Part shown: one piece after another, positions 38,804-46,608 of the stretch
Position numbering within the stretch: position 1 is the first letter of the stretch
How the letters are laid out: each line of letters begins with the position of its first letter
DNA from: a virus
Virus record (IMG/VR): IMGVR_UViG_3300005323_000046
Coordinates: 1-64,000 of that record
Length of the DNA: 64,000 nucleotides
Reading direction: 5' to 3' (one strand)
The notes under the pieces: model-generated
The model's input: only the letters and a program-made list of their open reading frames with translations
What the model was told of the DNA's origin: nothing
The model's database searches: none
Program-made: the position numbers and the translations under genes

Positions 38804-39011
38804 TTTGTTTTCCCAATTAACTCTTTTGGTTCTACTTTTATCCTCCGTAGAAGATCCGGTTGCTGGCGTAGAAGATGTTTCTTTCGTAACTATGACTCAT
38901 GGATTTGACACAACGCGAGACGGAATAGTTACACTAGATGATGGAAGTAGATACCAAATTGTTCCAAATGGATATGAAAAAGGTTTAGCAAGATTGGAGG
39001 TTTTAATTTAA
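38787..39011 (+). CDS. hypothetical protein
   Basis: 74-aa ORF. Confidence 0.3.
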   Translation: MDGTINLFSQLTLLVLLLSSVEDPVAGVEDVSFVTMTHGFDTTRDGIVTLDDGSRYQIVPNGYEKGLARLEVLI

Positions 39012-39205
39012 TGTTCTTTAAAACGCGGGATATTGTTGAAATTATTAAAGGAGAAGACTTTGATGGGAATAGTTTGGTTGGGAAACAAGCCAGAATTAAT
39101 AATATTTTAACTCCAGGATCGAAAGATGTGTACATTAGAGTTTTAGAAACTAATCAAGTTTTATTCTATCCTAAAGAATGGTTAAAACTTGTGGAGCGCG
39201 TATGA
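39011..39205 (+). CDS. hypothetical protein
   Basis: 64-aa ORF. Confidence 0.35.
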   Translation: MFFKTRDIVEIIKGEDFDGNSLVGKQARINNILTPGSKDVYIRVLETNQVLFYPKEWLKLVERV

Positions 39206-39423
39206 CAATCTTAGCTACATGTGACATGTTCCCTTCACATATGGTTATTTCAATTTGTGATGAGACGGGATATTTGATAGATTCAATCTATGTAAATACA
39301 CCTTGGTCTCAGAAAGATATTGACGCTGATTTAAGTAGTATATCTTTGTATTACGGAATCGATAAGTGGATTACTTCCGAAGAAAGAAAAATAATTGAAA
39401 GATCAAAGATTATTTTGAGGTGA
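39178..39423 (+). CDS. hypothetical protein
   Basis: 81-aa ORF. Confidence 0.35.
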   Translation: MVKTCGARMTILATCDMFPSHMVISICDETGYLIDSIYVNTPWSQKDIDADLSSISLYYGIDKWITSEERKIIERSKIILR

Positions 39424-39629
39424 CAATGAATATTATTTTAGTTGGTGCAATCATTGGAATTGGAGGAATATTCCAATTATTAATTGGAATTATTCTTGGA
39501 ACAATTTTTATAATTCTTCCGAAAAGAAAAGAAATCCTAGCGGTTTTAGGATCTGGGTTCATAGTTGTTGGAATCGTTCAAGTAATTTTTGGTACGTTAT
39601 TTTGGGTGGTGAACTTGTATGTCAATTGA
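39420..39629 (+). CDS. small two-transmembrane membrane protein
   Basis: Strongly hydrophobic, Gly/Ile-rich. Confidence 0.4.
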   Translation: MTMNIILVGAIIGIGGIFQLLIGIILGTIFIILPKRKEILAVLGSGFIVVGIVQVIFGTLFWVVNLYVN

Positions 39630-39837
39630 AATTTCTTGTATAAATATGATATGGGGTATAACATTTTTGGGACTTCTTGCTTTGGTTGGAGGAACTTCTG
39701 CGCCTAAAAACAGCCCAAAATATAAATCTTACACTAAACTGCTTGGTTTTTGTATTTTATCTTTGATCGCTTTAACTTTCCTTTCCGTCACATTAAATAT
39801 TTTTAATACTGTCATTTCTCTAACGGTGGTTCCATGA
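39619..39837 (+). CDS. small two-transmembrane membrane protein
   Basis: Hydrophobic; overlaps the upstream stop. Confidence 0.4.
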   Translation: MSIEISCINMIWGITFLGLLALVGGTSAPKNSPKYKSYTKLLGFCILSLIALTFLSVTLNIFNTVISLTVVP

Positions 39838-40577
39838 AACTTTCCAATCTTTATGTAATAGATTCGGGTAGTTTTAATATTGCATGGCTCATAGCAATGA
39901 ACAACGTTTTAAAGTCTGATGTAGATATCTCGTTTGGCTCCTCGAAAGAGCCTAAATGTGCTAAAGATTCCTGTCAAGTAATTTCCCTGACGGGAACCGC
40001 AATTGACCAAATATCTAATGGACTTCTTCATCCAGATTTTTCATTTAAATCTATTGATCAATATAAAAAGGAGTTTGATGTAGATTTTCTCGGAGAATAT
40101 AATACTTGGCCCGAAGAGAAGAAGTTCACTTACTTGTATATAGAGAGAATAGTCCAATATAGAAGTCAAAATGGAACTGTGGATCAATTGGAGGTCTTAA
40201 GAGACCAATTAGAGAACCAGATAAATAACAAAATCGGTTCCAATAGATCTCAGGCTATTACTTGGGAGCCAGAAGTTGACGTAGTAAATAACGCGAGTCC
40301 TTGCATGCAGCGCATATGGTCCCGTTGGATTGGAGAAGAAAATGGAGTTAATTACGTAGATTTACATCTCGATTGGCGTTCTAGAGACCTATTTAATGCG
40401 TGGCAACCGAACTTAATTGCTGTTACCTGGATGTTGAATAAATATGTATATGGCCCAAATAATTGTAGGATATATAGACTTATAGATAAGAACGATTCGC
40501 TACACATCTATAAAGGGGATATTGAGTTGGCGAAGGAAATTGTTGAAAAGAGATTGCCATTTGTGATGAAGTATTAG
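39834..40577 (+). CDS. thymidylate synthase (ThyA)-family enzyme, divergent
   Basis: Aligns to the ThyA core: ITWEPEVD~WNPxDL, ASPCMQRIW~PCHxxFQF (catalytic Cys kept, His changed to Met), LHLDWRSRDLF~QLYQRSCDVF, QPNLIAV~PFNIASY (the Asn that reads dUMP is kept). Confidence 0.55.
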   Translation: MKLSNLYVIDSGSFNIAWLIAMNNVLKSDVDISFGSSKEPKCAKDSCQVISLTGTAIDQISNGLLHPDFSFKSIDQYKKEFDVDFLGEYNTWPEEKKFTYLYIERIVQYRSQNGTVDQLEVLRDQLENQINNKIGSNRSQAITWEPEVDVVNNASPCMQRIWSRWIGEENGVNYVDLHLDWRSRDLFNAWQPNLIAVTWMLNKYVYGPNNCRIYRLIDKNDSLHIYKGDIELAKEIVEKRLPFVMKY

Positions 40578-40588
40578 CCGTTAAGATT

Positions 40589-40602
40589 AAATAGTAATAA
40601 GG
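40589..40602 (+). promoter_or_regulatory. promoter-like motif (TTAAGATT)AAATAGTAATAAGG
   Basis: Recurrent motif 16 nt upstream of the 40618 ATG. Confidence 0.45.
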
Positions 40603-40617
40603 AGTGTATCAGTATAT

Positions 40618-41079
40618 ATGCCTAGAATTGAGAAGATTTGGGAAGGAGCATCTAGGTTGGATCTCGCAATCATACTAGCTGCTTGGGCTCATAGTGGACA
40701 GCAAGATAAAGTGGGACTTCCCTACATTTTGCATCCACTATATGTAATGCTCCAGATGAAAACTGAATCCGAAAGAGTAATCGCGGTTCTTCACGATGTC
40801 CTCGAAGATTGCCCACAAGTGTCTCTTTCTGATATCACAGATAGAATTGACATGACAGAAGAGGAAATTAGAGCGCTTATAGCTCTTACTCATATCGAAA
40901 ACGAGCCTTATATAGATTACCTGAAGAGGGTCCTTGCCGCAGGTAAAATAGCGGTTAATGTAAAATGGGAGGACGTGCGGCATAATTCGAGTTTCGCGAG
41001 AATGAAAGATCTTCCTCCGGAGACTGTCGAGAGGATGGAAAAGAAATATAAGATAGCGACCGAAATGTTGCGGAGATAA
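40618..41079 (+). CDS. small alarmone hydrolase (SpoT/Mesh1-type HD-domain (p)ppGpp hydrolase)
   Basis: AAWAHSGQQDKVGLPYILHPLYVMLQM..AVLHDVLEDC matches the RelA/SpoT HD signature AHxGQxRxSGEPYIxHPL..LLHDVxED. Confidence 0.65.
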   Translation: MPRIEKIWEGASRLDLAIILAAWAHSGQQDKVGLPYILHPLYVMLQMKTESERVIAVLHDVLEDCPQVSLSDITDRIDMTEEEIRALIALTHIENEPYIDYLKRVLAAGKIAVNVKWEDVRHNSSFARMKDLPPETVERMEKKYKIATEMLRR

Positions 41080-41081
41080 AA

Positions 41082-41267
41082 ATGAACATTAAAGAAGCAT
41101 TTGCCCTAATTTTTGGAGTTATAGGATTTTTAATTTTAAGAGTAATTTATTTAGGGGAACCAATTCCATCCCCAAATGGATATTATGATTTGAGGACGCC
41201 AATTTTCGTATTTGGTGTGATTTTTATTTTCATATTCGGATTTTTCTTAGGCCAGGAGAATAGATGA
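41082..41267 (+). CDS. small two-transmembrane membrane protein
   Basis: 61 aa, hydrophobic. Confidence 0.35.
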   Translation: MNIKEAFALIFGVIGFLILRVIYLGEPIPSPNGYYDLRTPIFVFGVIFIFIFGFFLGQENR

Positions 41268-41268
41268 T

Positions 41269-41571
41269 ATGAAACAAAGATCTGGTTTCGTGTCTAATTC
41301 CTCATCTTCCTCTTTTGTTATTATAGTCAAAGGGAAGGGCATGAAAGAAATAATTGACAGATTCCGTTCTAAAATGGAAGAGTGGACCGAAAAAGTCGTT
41401 ACGAAATTTGAAAATGAAGGAGTCTTAGAGTGTGACAACAGAGGAAATATAAAAGGAATTAAAATATCAATCATGAGTGATAAACTCGAATCTAACAAAC
41501 TCGAATCTTCCTTGTCGAGAATTACAAATTTAGAGACGGGAACTTTAGAAATGAGGAATTCTTATGATTAG
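41269..41571 (+). CDS. SNSSS-motif family paralogue 1
   Basis: N-terminus MKQRSGFVSNSSSSSFVIIVKG; the N-terminal motif is shared with the next three genes. Confidence 0.55.
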   Translation: MKQRSGFVSNSSSSSFVIIVKGKGMKEIIDRFRSKMEEWTEKVVTKFENEGVLECDNRGNIKGIKISIMSDKLESNKLESSLSRITNLETGTLEMRNSYD

Positions 41572-41992
41572 TAGATCTGGATTTGTTTCTAATAGTAGTT
41601 CTACAAGTTTTATTATCGAGAATAAAACAAAAGAAAGATTACATCTTTGTGAATTTATAAAAGAAAACTCACATTTAATAAAAAAATTCGAGGAAGAGTT
41701 TAGTGTCCAGATCATTGACACTAATTTTAGACAAGATCATAGCGGGAAACTATTTAATGTTCAAAATCTAGAAGAAGCAATAAAACTTATGTGTCAAGAG
41801 GCAAAAGAATTAGAAGAATATAGGGGAATGTCTTGGTCCCCTAAAAGGACTAAAGCTCTCGCGCCAGGAGAGAATTCTATTCAATTTGGCGACGAACAGG
41901 GGACTCTATTAGGGGAGATATACGATTATATTCTTCGCGAAGGCGGAGAGTCTAAAAGATTTAAATGGAGATTTGATTTTTATAATAGGTGA
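41564..41992 (+). CDS. SNSSS-motif family paralogue 2
   Basis: N-terminus MISRSGFVSNSSSTSFIIENK. Confidence 0.55.
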   Translation: MISRSGFVSNSSSTSFIIENKTKERLHLCEFIKENSHLIKKFEEEFSVQIIDTNFRQDHSGKLFNVQNLEEAIKLMCQEAKELEEYRGMSWSPKRTKALAPGENSIQFGDEQGTLLGEIYDYILREGGESKRFKWRFDFYNR

Positions 41993-41998
41993 TCTGGC

Positions 41999-42403
41999 AT
42001 GATGAGAAGATCTGGTTTTGTGTCGAACTCAAGTTCGAGTTCGTTTGTATGCACGATATGCAGCGAGATTGAATCGGGATGGGATGCAAGCCTGTCTGAG
42101 TTTGATATGGTTAGGTGTGAAAAAGGACATGAATTTCATATAGATTGTGCCCAAAATCCTAGCAGTCTCCAAGAAATCTTAGATGAAGCGGGCGCAAAAG
42201 ACGGGACAGACGAAGATGGGTTTGATTATGAAGAATACCGCTATATTCTGCCCTCCAAATATTGTCCAGTGTGTAATTTCGTGGCAATTTCGGATAAGGA
42301 TCTTTTGAAGTATCTGATGAGGGGCCGCTCTAAAAGCGAGATTCTCGAAAATATTGTAAAAGAATATGAGACCTACGAAAGATTTAAGAGGTCATTCGCT
42401 TGA
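41999..42403 (+). CDS. SNSSS-motif family paralogue 3 (Cys4 subtype)
   Basis: N-terminus MMRRSGFVSNSSSSSFVCTICS; shares EGWD, RCEKGH and CPVC with paralogue 4. Confidence 0.55.
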   Translation: MMRRSGFVSNSSSSSFVCTICSEIESGWDASLSEFDMVRCEKGHEFHIDCAQNPSSLQEILDEAGAKDGTDEDGFDYEEYRYILPSKYCPVCNFVAISDKDLLKYLMRGRSKSEILENIVKEYETYERFKRSFA

Positions 42404-42732
42404 AACAAAGAGTGGGTTTCGTGAGCAACTCCTCTTCCTGCTCTTTTGTTTGTAACCTTTGTGGTAAAAGTGAGGAAGGGTGGGATTGGGACGAGATTCC
42501 AAATACGGGGGATTTATTAAGATGCGAAAAGGGACATCTACTTTGCAGGGAACATTTTTCATTTAAGAAAAGTGAACCAGATCCTATTAGAGTGCCCTCT
42601 AAGTTTTGTCCACTCTGCCGAGCAGATGTAAATTCTTTAAAGGAATACCTATTGAAGAAATCTGGGGAAACTGTAGATGAGATTGTAGAAGAAATATTTG
42701 AGGGAGAGGACGATATTATCATAGGAGATTAA
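42400..42732 (+). CDS. SNSSS-motif family paralogue 4 (Cys4 subtype)
   Basis: N-terminus MKQRVGFVSNSSSCSFVCNLCG; EGWDWD, RCEKGH, CPLC. Confidence 0.55.
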   Translation: MKQRVGFVSNSSSCSFVCNLCGKSEEGWDWDEIPNTGDLLRCEKGHLLCREHFSFKKSEPDPIRVPSKFCPLCRADVNSLKEYLLKKSGETVDEIVEEIFEGEDDIIIGD

Positions 42733-42734
42733 AT

Positions 42735-43754
42735 ATGTCTATTAAAAAAGTTCGCACGCCATCATACAACTACAATTTTGATGACATTACTGGAAAATTT
42801 AGTAGATGGGGAGAGACAGAAAAAGACGATTCGCAGTATTCACCAATAGGACCCGAGTTGATAGATTGTGAGATTTCAACAATTTGTCACGGAATAAATG
42901 GGGTTCCTTGTGAACATTGTTACAAATCTAATACAGGCATTGGAAAGAATATGGATCTTGAAACTTTTAAGACTATATTCAACAAATTGCCAAAATCTGT
43001 ACTCCAAATTGCTTTTGGAATTGGAAGTTTAACCTCTAATCCTGATTTATTGGAAATATTCTGGCATTGTAGAGACAATGGCGTGGTTCCTAATGTTACA
43101 ATTAATGGGTGGGGATTAACTGATGCCTGGGCTTTTAAACTGGCCGAGGTTTGTGGTGCCGTAGCAGTTTCTAGATATGACGATAAAAATGTTTGCTATA
43201 ACGCTGTTGAGAAATTGACTAAGGCGGGTCTAAAACAAGTTAACATCCATCAATTAGTTGCCGAGGAGACCTATGAAAACTGCGTTGAAACTACTCACGA
43301 TATTGAGACAGATTCTAGGCTTAAAGATTTGAATGCTGTTGTATTCCTTTCTCTTAAGAAAAAAGGACGCGGAGAAGAATATACTAAGATGAGTCAGGAA
43401 AAATTTGATTCTATTGTGAATTATTGTCTTGATAATTGGATTAAATTTGGTTTCGACTCGTGCAGCTCGGGTAAGTTTCTTGATTTCTTGGATAGACACC
43501 CAAAATACAACTTAATAAAAGAGCAAATAAAACAGAATATAGAACCTTGTGAATCTACGTTATTTAGCGCTTATATAAATGTAGATGGATATATATTCCC
43601 GTGTAGTTTTTGCGAAGATATAGTTAGTGGAGAATATCTTCTTGATCCCAATAAAAAGGATTTCTTACAGGATATTTGGTATGGCGAAGTATTTAAATGG
43701 TTTAGGGGTATGTTAATTTATAATTGTAGAAAATGCCCAATGTATGAGGTGTAA
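42735..43754 (+). CDS. SPASM-domain radical-SAM-like enzyme with a non-canonical Cys spacing
   Basis: N-terminal CHGINGVPCEHCY (Cx7Cx2C), GGEP-like FGIGSLTSNPDLL, C-terminal SPASM signature C-x12-G-x4-C (CESTLFSAYINVDGYIFPC) plus CRKC. Confidence 0.55.
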   Translation: MSIKKVRTPSYNYNFDDITGKFSRWGETEKDDSQYSPIGPELIDCEISTICHGINGVPCEHCYKSNTGIGKNMDLETFKTIFNKLPKSVLQIAFGIGSLTSNPDLLEIFWHCRDNGVVPNVTINGWGLTDAWAFKLAEVCGAVAVSRYDDKNVCYNAVEKLTKAGLKQVNIHQLVAEETYENCVETTHDIETDSRLKDLNAVVFLSLKKKGRGEEYTKMSQEKFDSIVNYCLDNWIKFGFDSCSSGKFLDFLDRHPKYNLIKEQIKQNIEPCESTLFSAYINVDGYIFPCSFCEDIVSGEYLLDPNKKDFLQDIWYGEVFKWFRGMLIYNCRKCPMYEV

Positions 43755-43885
43755 TCACGAAAAAGCGCCAGATTTATCTTCACATTTCAATAAGTCCCAT
43801 CCTTTAGGATGGGGAATGATCATTAGCTAAATATGAAAGGTGTAGATGTCATATCAGATATAAAAGAATGGGGACTTGAAAAGAA

Positions 43886-44074
43886 ATGACTGATATAAAG
43901 AAAATCGAACCTGATAGTTTTACATGGACCTCCGGAGAAGATAATCTTGGTGAGAAAGGAGAGGTATATGTGCATATGAGCATGTATATTGGGGGTTTAT
44001 CTTCCGACGAACGCGACGAGATATTTAGATGGGTACAAGATAAGTTCGACCTCCGTAAGGTGGAAATAAAATGA
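43886..44074 (+). CDS. hypothetical small protein
   Basis: 62-aa ORF. Confidence 0.35.
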   Translation: MTDIKKIEPDSFTWTSGEDNLGEKGEVYVHMSMYIGGLSSDERDEIFRWVQDKFDLRKVEIK

Positions 44075-44253
44075 CCAACAAAGGATATAGAGTTACAGAT
44101 AACGGCTTATCACTACTCGAAAGCGCTCTGGAATATCTTGACGAGCAATATCAAAGAGATGATTTAGATTCTCAAGTAAAAATCGTGATTTTAAAAGTAA
44201 GAGACAAAATAACCTGGTTTCTTGGAAATGAGATAGAAGAAATAAATGTCTAG
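44071..44253 (+). CDS. hypothetical small acidic protein
   Basis: 60-aa ORF overlapping the upstream stop. Confidence 0.35.
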   Translation: MTNKGYRVTDNGLSLLESALEYLDEQYQRDDLDSQVKIVILKVRDKITWFLGNEIEEINV

Positions 44254-44350
44254 TTTCGTAGAATACAATAGTTGTCTATCCACCTTACTAGACATATATT
44301 TAACGTACTATTTTAATAGTTTAAATAGATTTCGGACAGGGAGAGGGTTT

Positions 44351-44364
44351 AAATAGTAGTAAAG
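44351..44364 (+). promoter_or_regulatory. promoter-like motif AAATAGTAGTAAAG
   Basis: Recurrent motif; here it overlaps the 5' end of the HicB-like open frame. Confidence 0.35.
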
Positions 44365-44628
44365 ATCATTAAGCCTTGGAAGGACCCAGATAGACTTTAC
44401 TATGCCTTTGATACTGAGTCATTAGGAAACTATGGCGCAGGGAAAACTAAAGAAAAAGCGGAAGAAAATTTAATAGAGAGACAAAAACTAAAAAGTGAAA
44501 TTCTCTATGATTTTAATAAATTAGAAGTTTTTGTGCCAGAAACGAGAGATTACATGGCAGGCTTAATTTCGAGACGTTGGGTAGAAATAAAAAAGATCAG
44601 AAAGGAGATTAGAAAGCATGGGGCTTAA
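44353..44628 (+). CDS. HicB/UPF0150-like small protein without a canonical start codon
   Basis: 91-codon open frame (..KPWKDPDRLYYAFDTESLGNYGAGKTKEKAEENLIERQKL..) with no ATG/GTG/TTG until codon 61; its stop overlaps the next gene's ATG. Confidence 0.4.
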   Translation: MVVKIIKPWKDPDRLYYAFDTESLGNYGAGKTKEKAEENLIERQKLKSEILYDFNKLEVFVPETRDYMAGLISRRWVEIKKIRKEIRKHGA

Positions 44629-45685
44629 ATTGATAGATGTGATCTATGAAATTACACTAAAATGTAATAAAGGCTGTAAATACTGTGGTTCTAAAAATGT
44701 ACTTCAGAAAGAAAATCCTTCATTGGAACACATGCTTCATATTGCAAAAGAAATTGGCTCCTATGGAGTAAAAGTGATCACATTATCAGGAGGAGAACCG
44801 GGAGAAATCCCAGAAAATGATATCGTCCAGGTAATTGAAACTTTACAATCTTATGGTTGTAACGTCCGGGCTATAACAAATGGAAGACTTTTAAAAGTTG
44901 ATAGATCTAAAGCAGTAGATCTCTTGGACATGATTGGATTATCTATAAATCTTGTTAGCGATATTCCAAAAGAAATGACTGGATGGCAAAATATTGTAAT
45001 GGTTACGAATTTTGGGATTCATAATATTTGGGAATTTGAGACATTAGCTGAGACGGCTAAATTGTTTAAATCATGGCAAATTCAATTAACTACCGGTCCT
45101 GAATTTATGTTGCCACCTGAAGGAATTTCGTATCTTAGAAAGAAAATTCGCGAGCTAGAAGGAGTAAAATATATACTTGCAGATAATCTTCAAGATGAAC
45201 ATAAATGTTCTGCCGGTATTGTTTCTTGTGGAATTACAGTAAATGGAGACATAATTCCTTGTTTGAGCGAGAGGACTTCGGGATCTGTGTCGGTACAAGG
45301 AAATCTATTTGAGAGATCTTTGAAAGATATTTGGGAAAATGAGTTTAAGGATATTAGATTCGGGTCAAATACATGGTCGAAATCCTGTAGAAATTGCATT
45401 TCTTATCCTAAGATTGATAAACTTACACCGACAATTGCGCCGAGGGAAAAATTAAATAAGACTTTAAATGCCATAAGAAAGTTTAGCGAAAGCGTCAAAG
45501 AAGCTAATATACAGGGAGCTAACCTTGCGGCGGCGCAGTTTTCCGAAATTGTTGATAATGCAGTTGAACCCAAAAGGAGGCCAAGAGACTCTTATAGAGG
45601 ATGCTCTGGGAACGTAATGTCTTATGGGGTTACAGATTGGAATGTGGTGTCATTGAGTTGCTATGAAGAGGAGGTGTGGAAATGA
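44618..45685 (+). CDS. radical SAM / SPASM-domain maturase-like enzyme
   Basis: Canonical CNKGCKYCG (Cx3Cx2C), GGEPG, SPASM C-x12-G-x4-C (CSAGIVSCGITVNGDIIPC) plus CRNC. Confidence 0.75.
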   Translation: MGLKLIDVIYEITLKCNKGCKYCGSKNVLQKENPSLEHMLHIAKEIGSYGVKVITLSGGEPGEIPENDIVQVIETLQSYGCNVRAITNGRLLKVDRSKAVDLLDMIGLSINLVSDIPKEMTGWQNIVMVTNFGIHNIWEFETLAETAKLFKSWQIQLTTGPEFMLPPEGISYLRKKIRELEGVKYILADNLQDEHKCSAGIVSCGITVNGDIIPCLSERTSGSVSVQGNLFERSLKDIWENEFKDIRFGSNTWSKSCRNCISYPKIDKLTPTIAPREKLNKTLNAIRKFSESVKEANIQGANLAAAQFSEIVDNAVEPKRRPRDSYRGCSGNVMSYGVTDWNVVSLSCYEEEVWK

Positions 45686-45934
45686 TCAATAAAGATGAAA
45701 GGCTTTGTAGAGATTGTAAATACCGGGAGAATTTGCAAAGTGTTATCATCCAAAAAATACCCGTAATATCTCTGCAAAATATACAGGATTCACCGAAAGG
45801 GTTTCATTGAATATTAATTATTGTTCAACTCATCGAGAAGCTGGATGGACACATTGCCGAATGGCTGGATCGTGCGGCAAAGAAGGTCGATGGTGGGAAG
45901 AAAAATGAAATGTTTTAATTAAGAAAGATGGAAT

Positions 45935-46180
45935 ATGCTATCGAGAGATCTTAAAGTGTCTGTAGCGTGCCGTTATTGTTATCTTCCATATTTTTCTAAT
46001 TTAGTAGTCCAAACTGGATTAAGCGAGAGCGATGTCTGGCACGGTATATGTCATGGAATTGATGTTGGCGTAATAAGAGAGAATTGGGAGGCCGTAGATG
46101 GCCGATGGGTGACATGTTTCCATTATGATGACCGATACACTAACGACTTCATAGATAAATTAATTGAGGAACTCCTATGA
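45935..46180 (+). CDS. hypothetical protein
   Basis: 81-aa ORF. Confidence 0.35.
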   Translation: MLSRDLKVSVACRYCYLPYFSNLVVQTGLSESDVWHGICHGIDVGVIRENWEAVDGRWVTCFHYDDRYTNDFIDKLIEELL

Positions 46181-46389
46181 TCAAAAACGCGATGGGTGAA
46201 ATGATAGAATTTGATCTCGTGAAAGCAAACAAATTGACCGATTGTTTAAAAAGATGGATAGAAGATGGGAATCTTCTCCCTTATGAGTTATCTGCATTAG
46301 TGTTTTCTGTTTGGGGTTATGAAGCGGCACTATCCGAGATTAAATATTTAAGGAAGGAATTAGAAGAATTTGAAAATTTGCTGATCTAG
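46177..46389 (+). CDS. hypothetical protein
   Basis: 70-aa ORF overlapping the upstream stop. Confidence 0.35.
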   Translation: MIKNAMGEMIEFDLVKANKLTDCLKRWIEDGNLLPYELSALVFSVWGYEAALSEIKYLRKELEEFENLLI

Positions 46390-46444
46390 TAGATCAAGAT
46401 GAGGACCAACAACTATAAATACCGACGTGACAATATTTTTCTGT

Positions 46445-46528
46445 GCCATCTTAGCGAAGTTTGGAAAACGCGAGAGACTTAAGATCTCTTCCCGCAGGGG
46501 TTCGTCGGTTCAAATCCGGCAGGTGGCA
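46445..46528 (+). tRNA. tRNA-Leu (anticodon UAA), class II with a long variable arm
   Basis: Folded by hand: 7-bp acceptor stem GCCATCT/AGGTGGC, 3-bp D stem, anticodon stem AGAGA/TCTCT with loop CTTAAGA, variable arm CCCGCAGGGG, T arm GTCGG-TTCAAAT-CCGGC, discriminator A; no encoded CCA. Confidence 0.75.
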
Positions 46529-46608
46529 TACCCATAAATTTAAATACTATCCCCTAATATTTAATATTATCCTCATCCCTTTTGGGATGTAATATGGATG
46601 TGTTTTAA

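Noticed and set aside
39420-39837. Calling the two small two-transmembrane proteins a holin/antiholin pair
   Set aside because: No endolysin, spanin or other lysis gene is adjacent, and small two-transmembrane proteins are abundant throughout this window. Insufficient evidence.
43775-43812. Hairpin CCCATCC-TTTA-GGATGGG after the first radical-SAM gene as a terminator
   Set aside because: Good 7-bp stem but no U-run follows. It could at most be a processing or attenuation site, so I have not called it a terminator.
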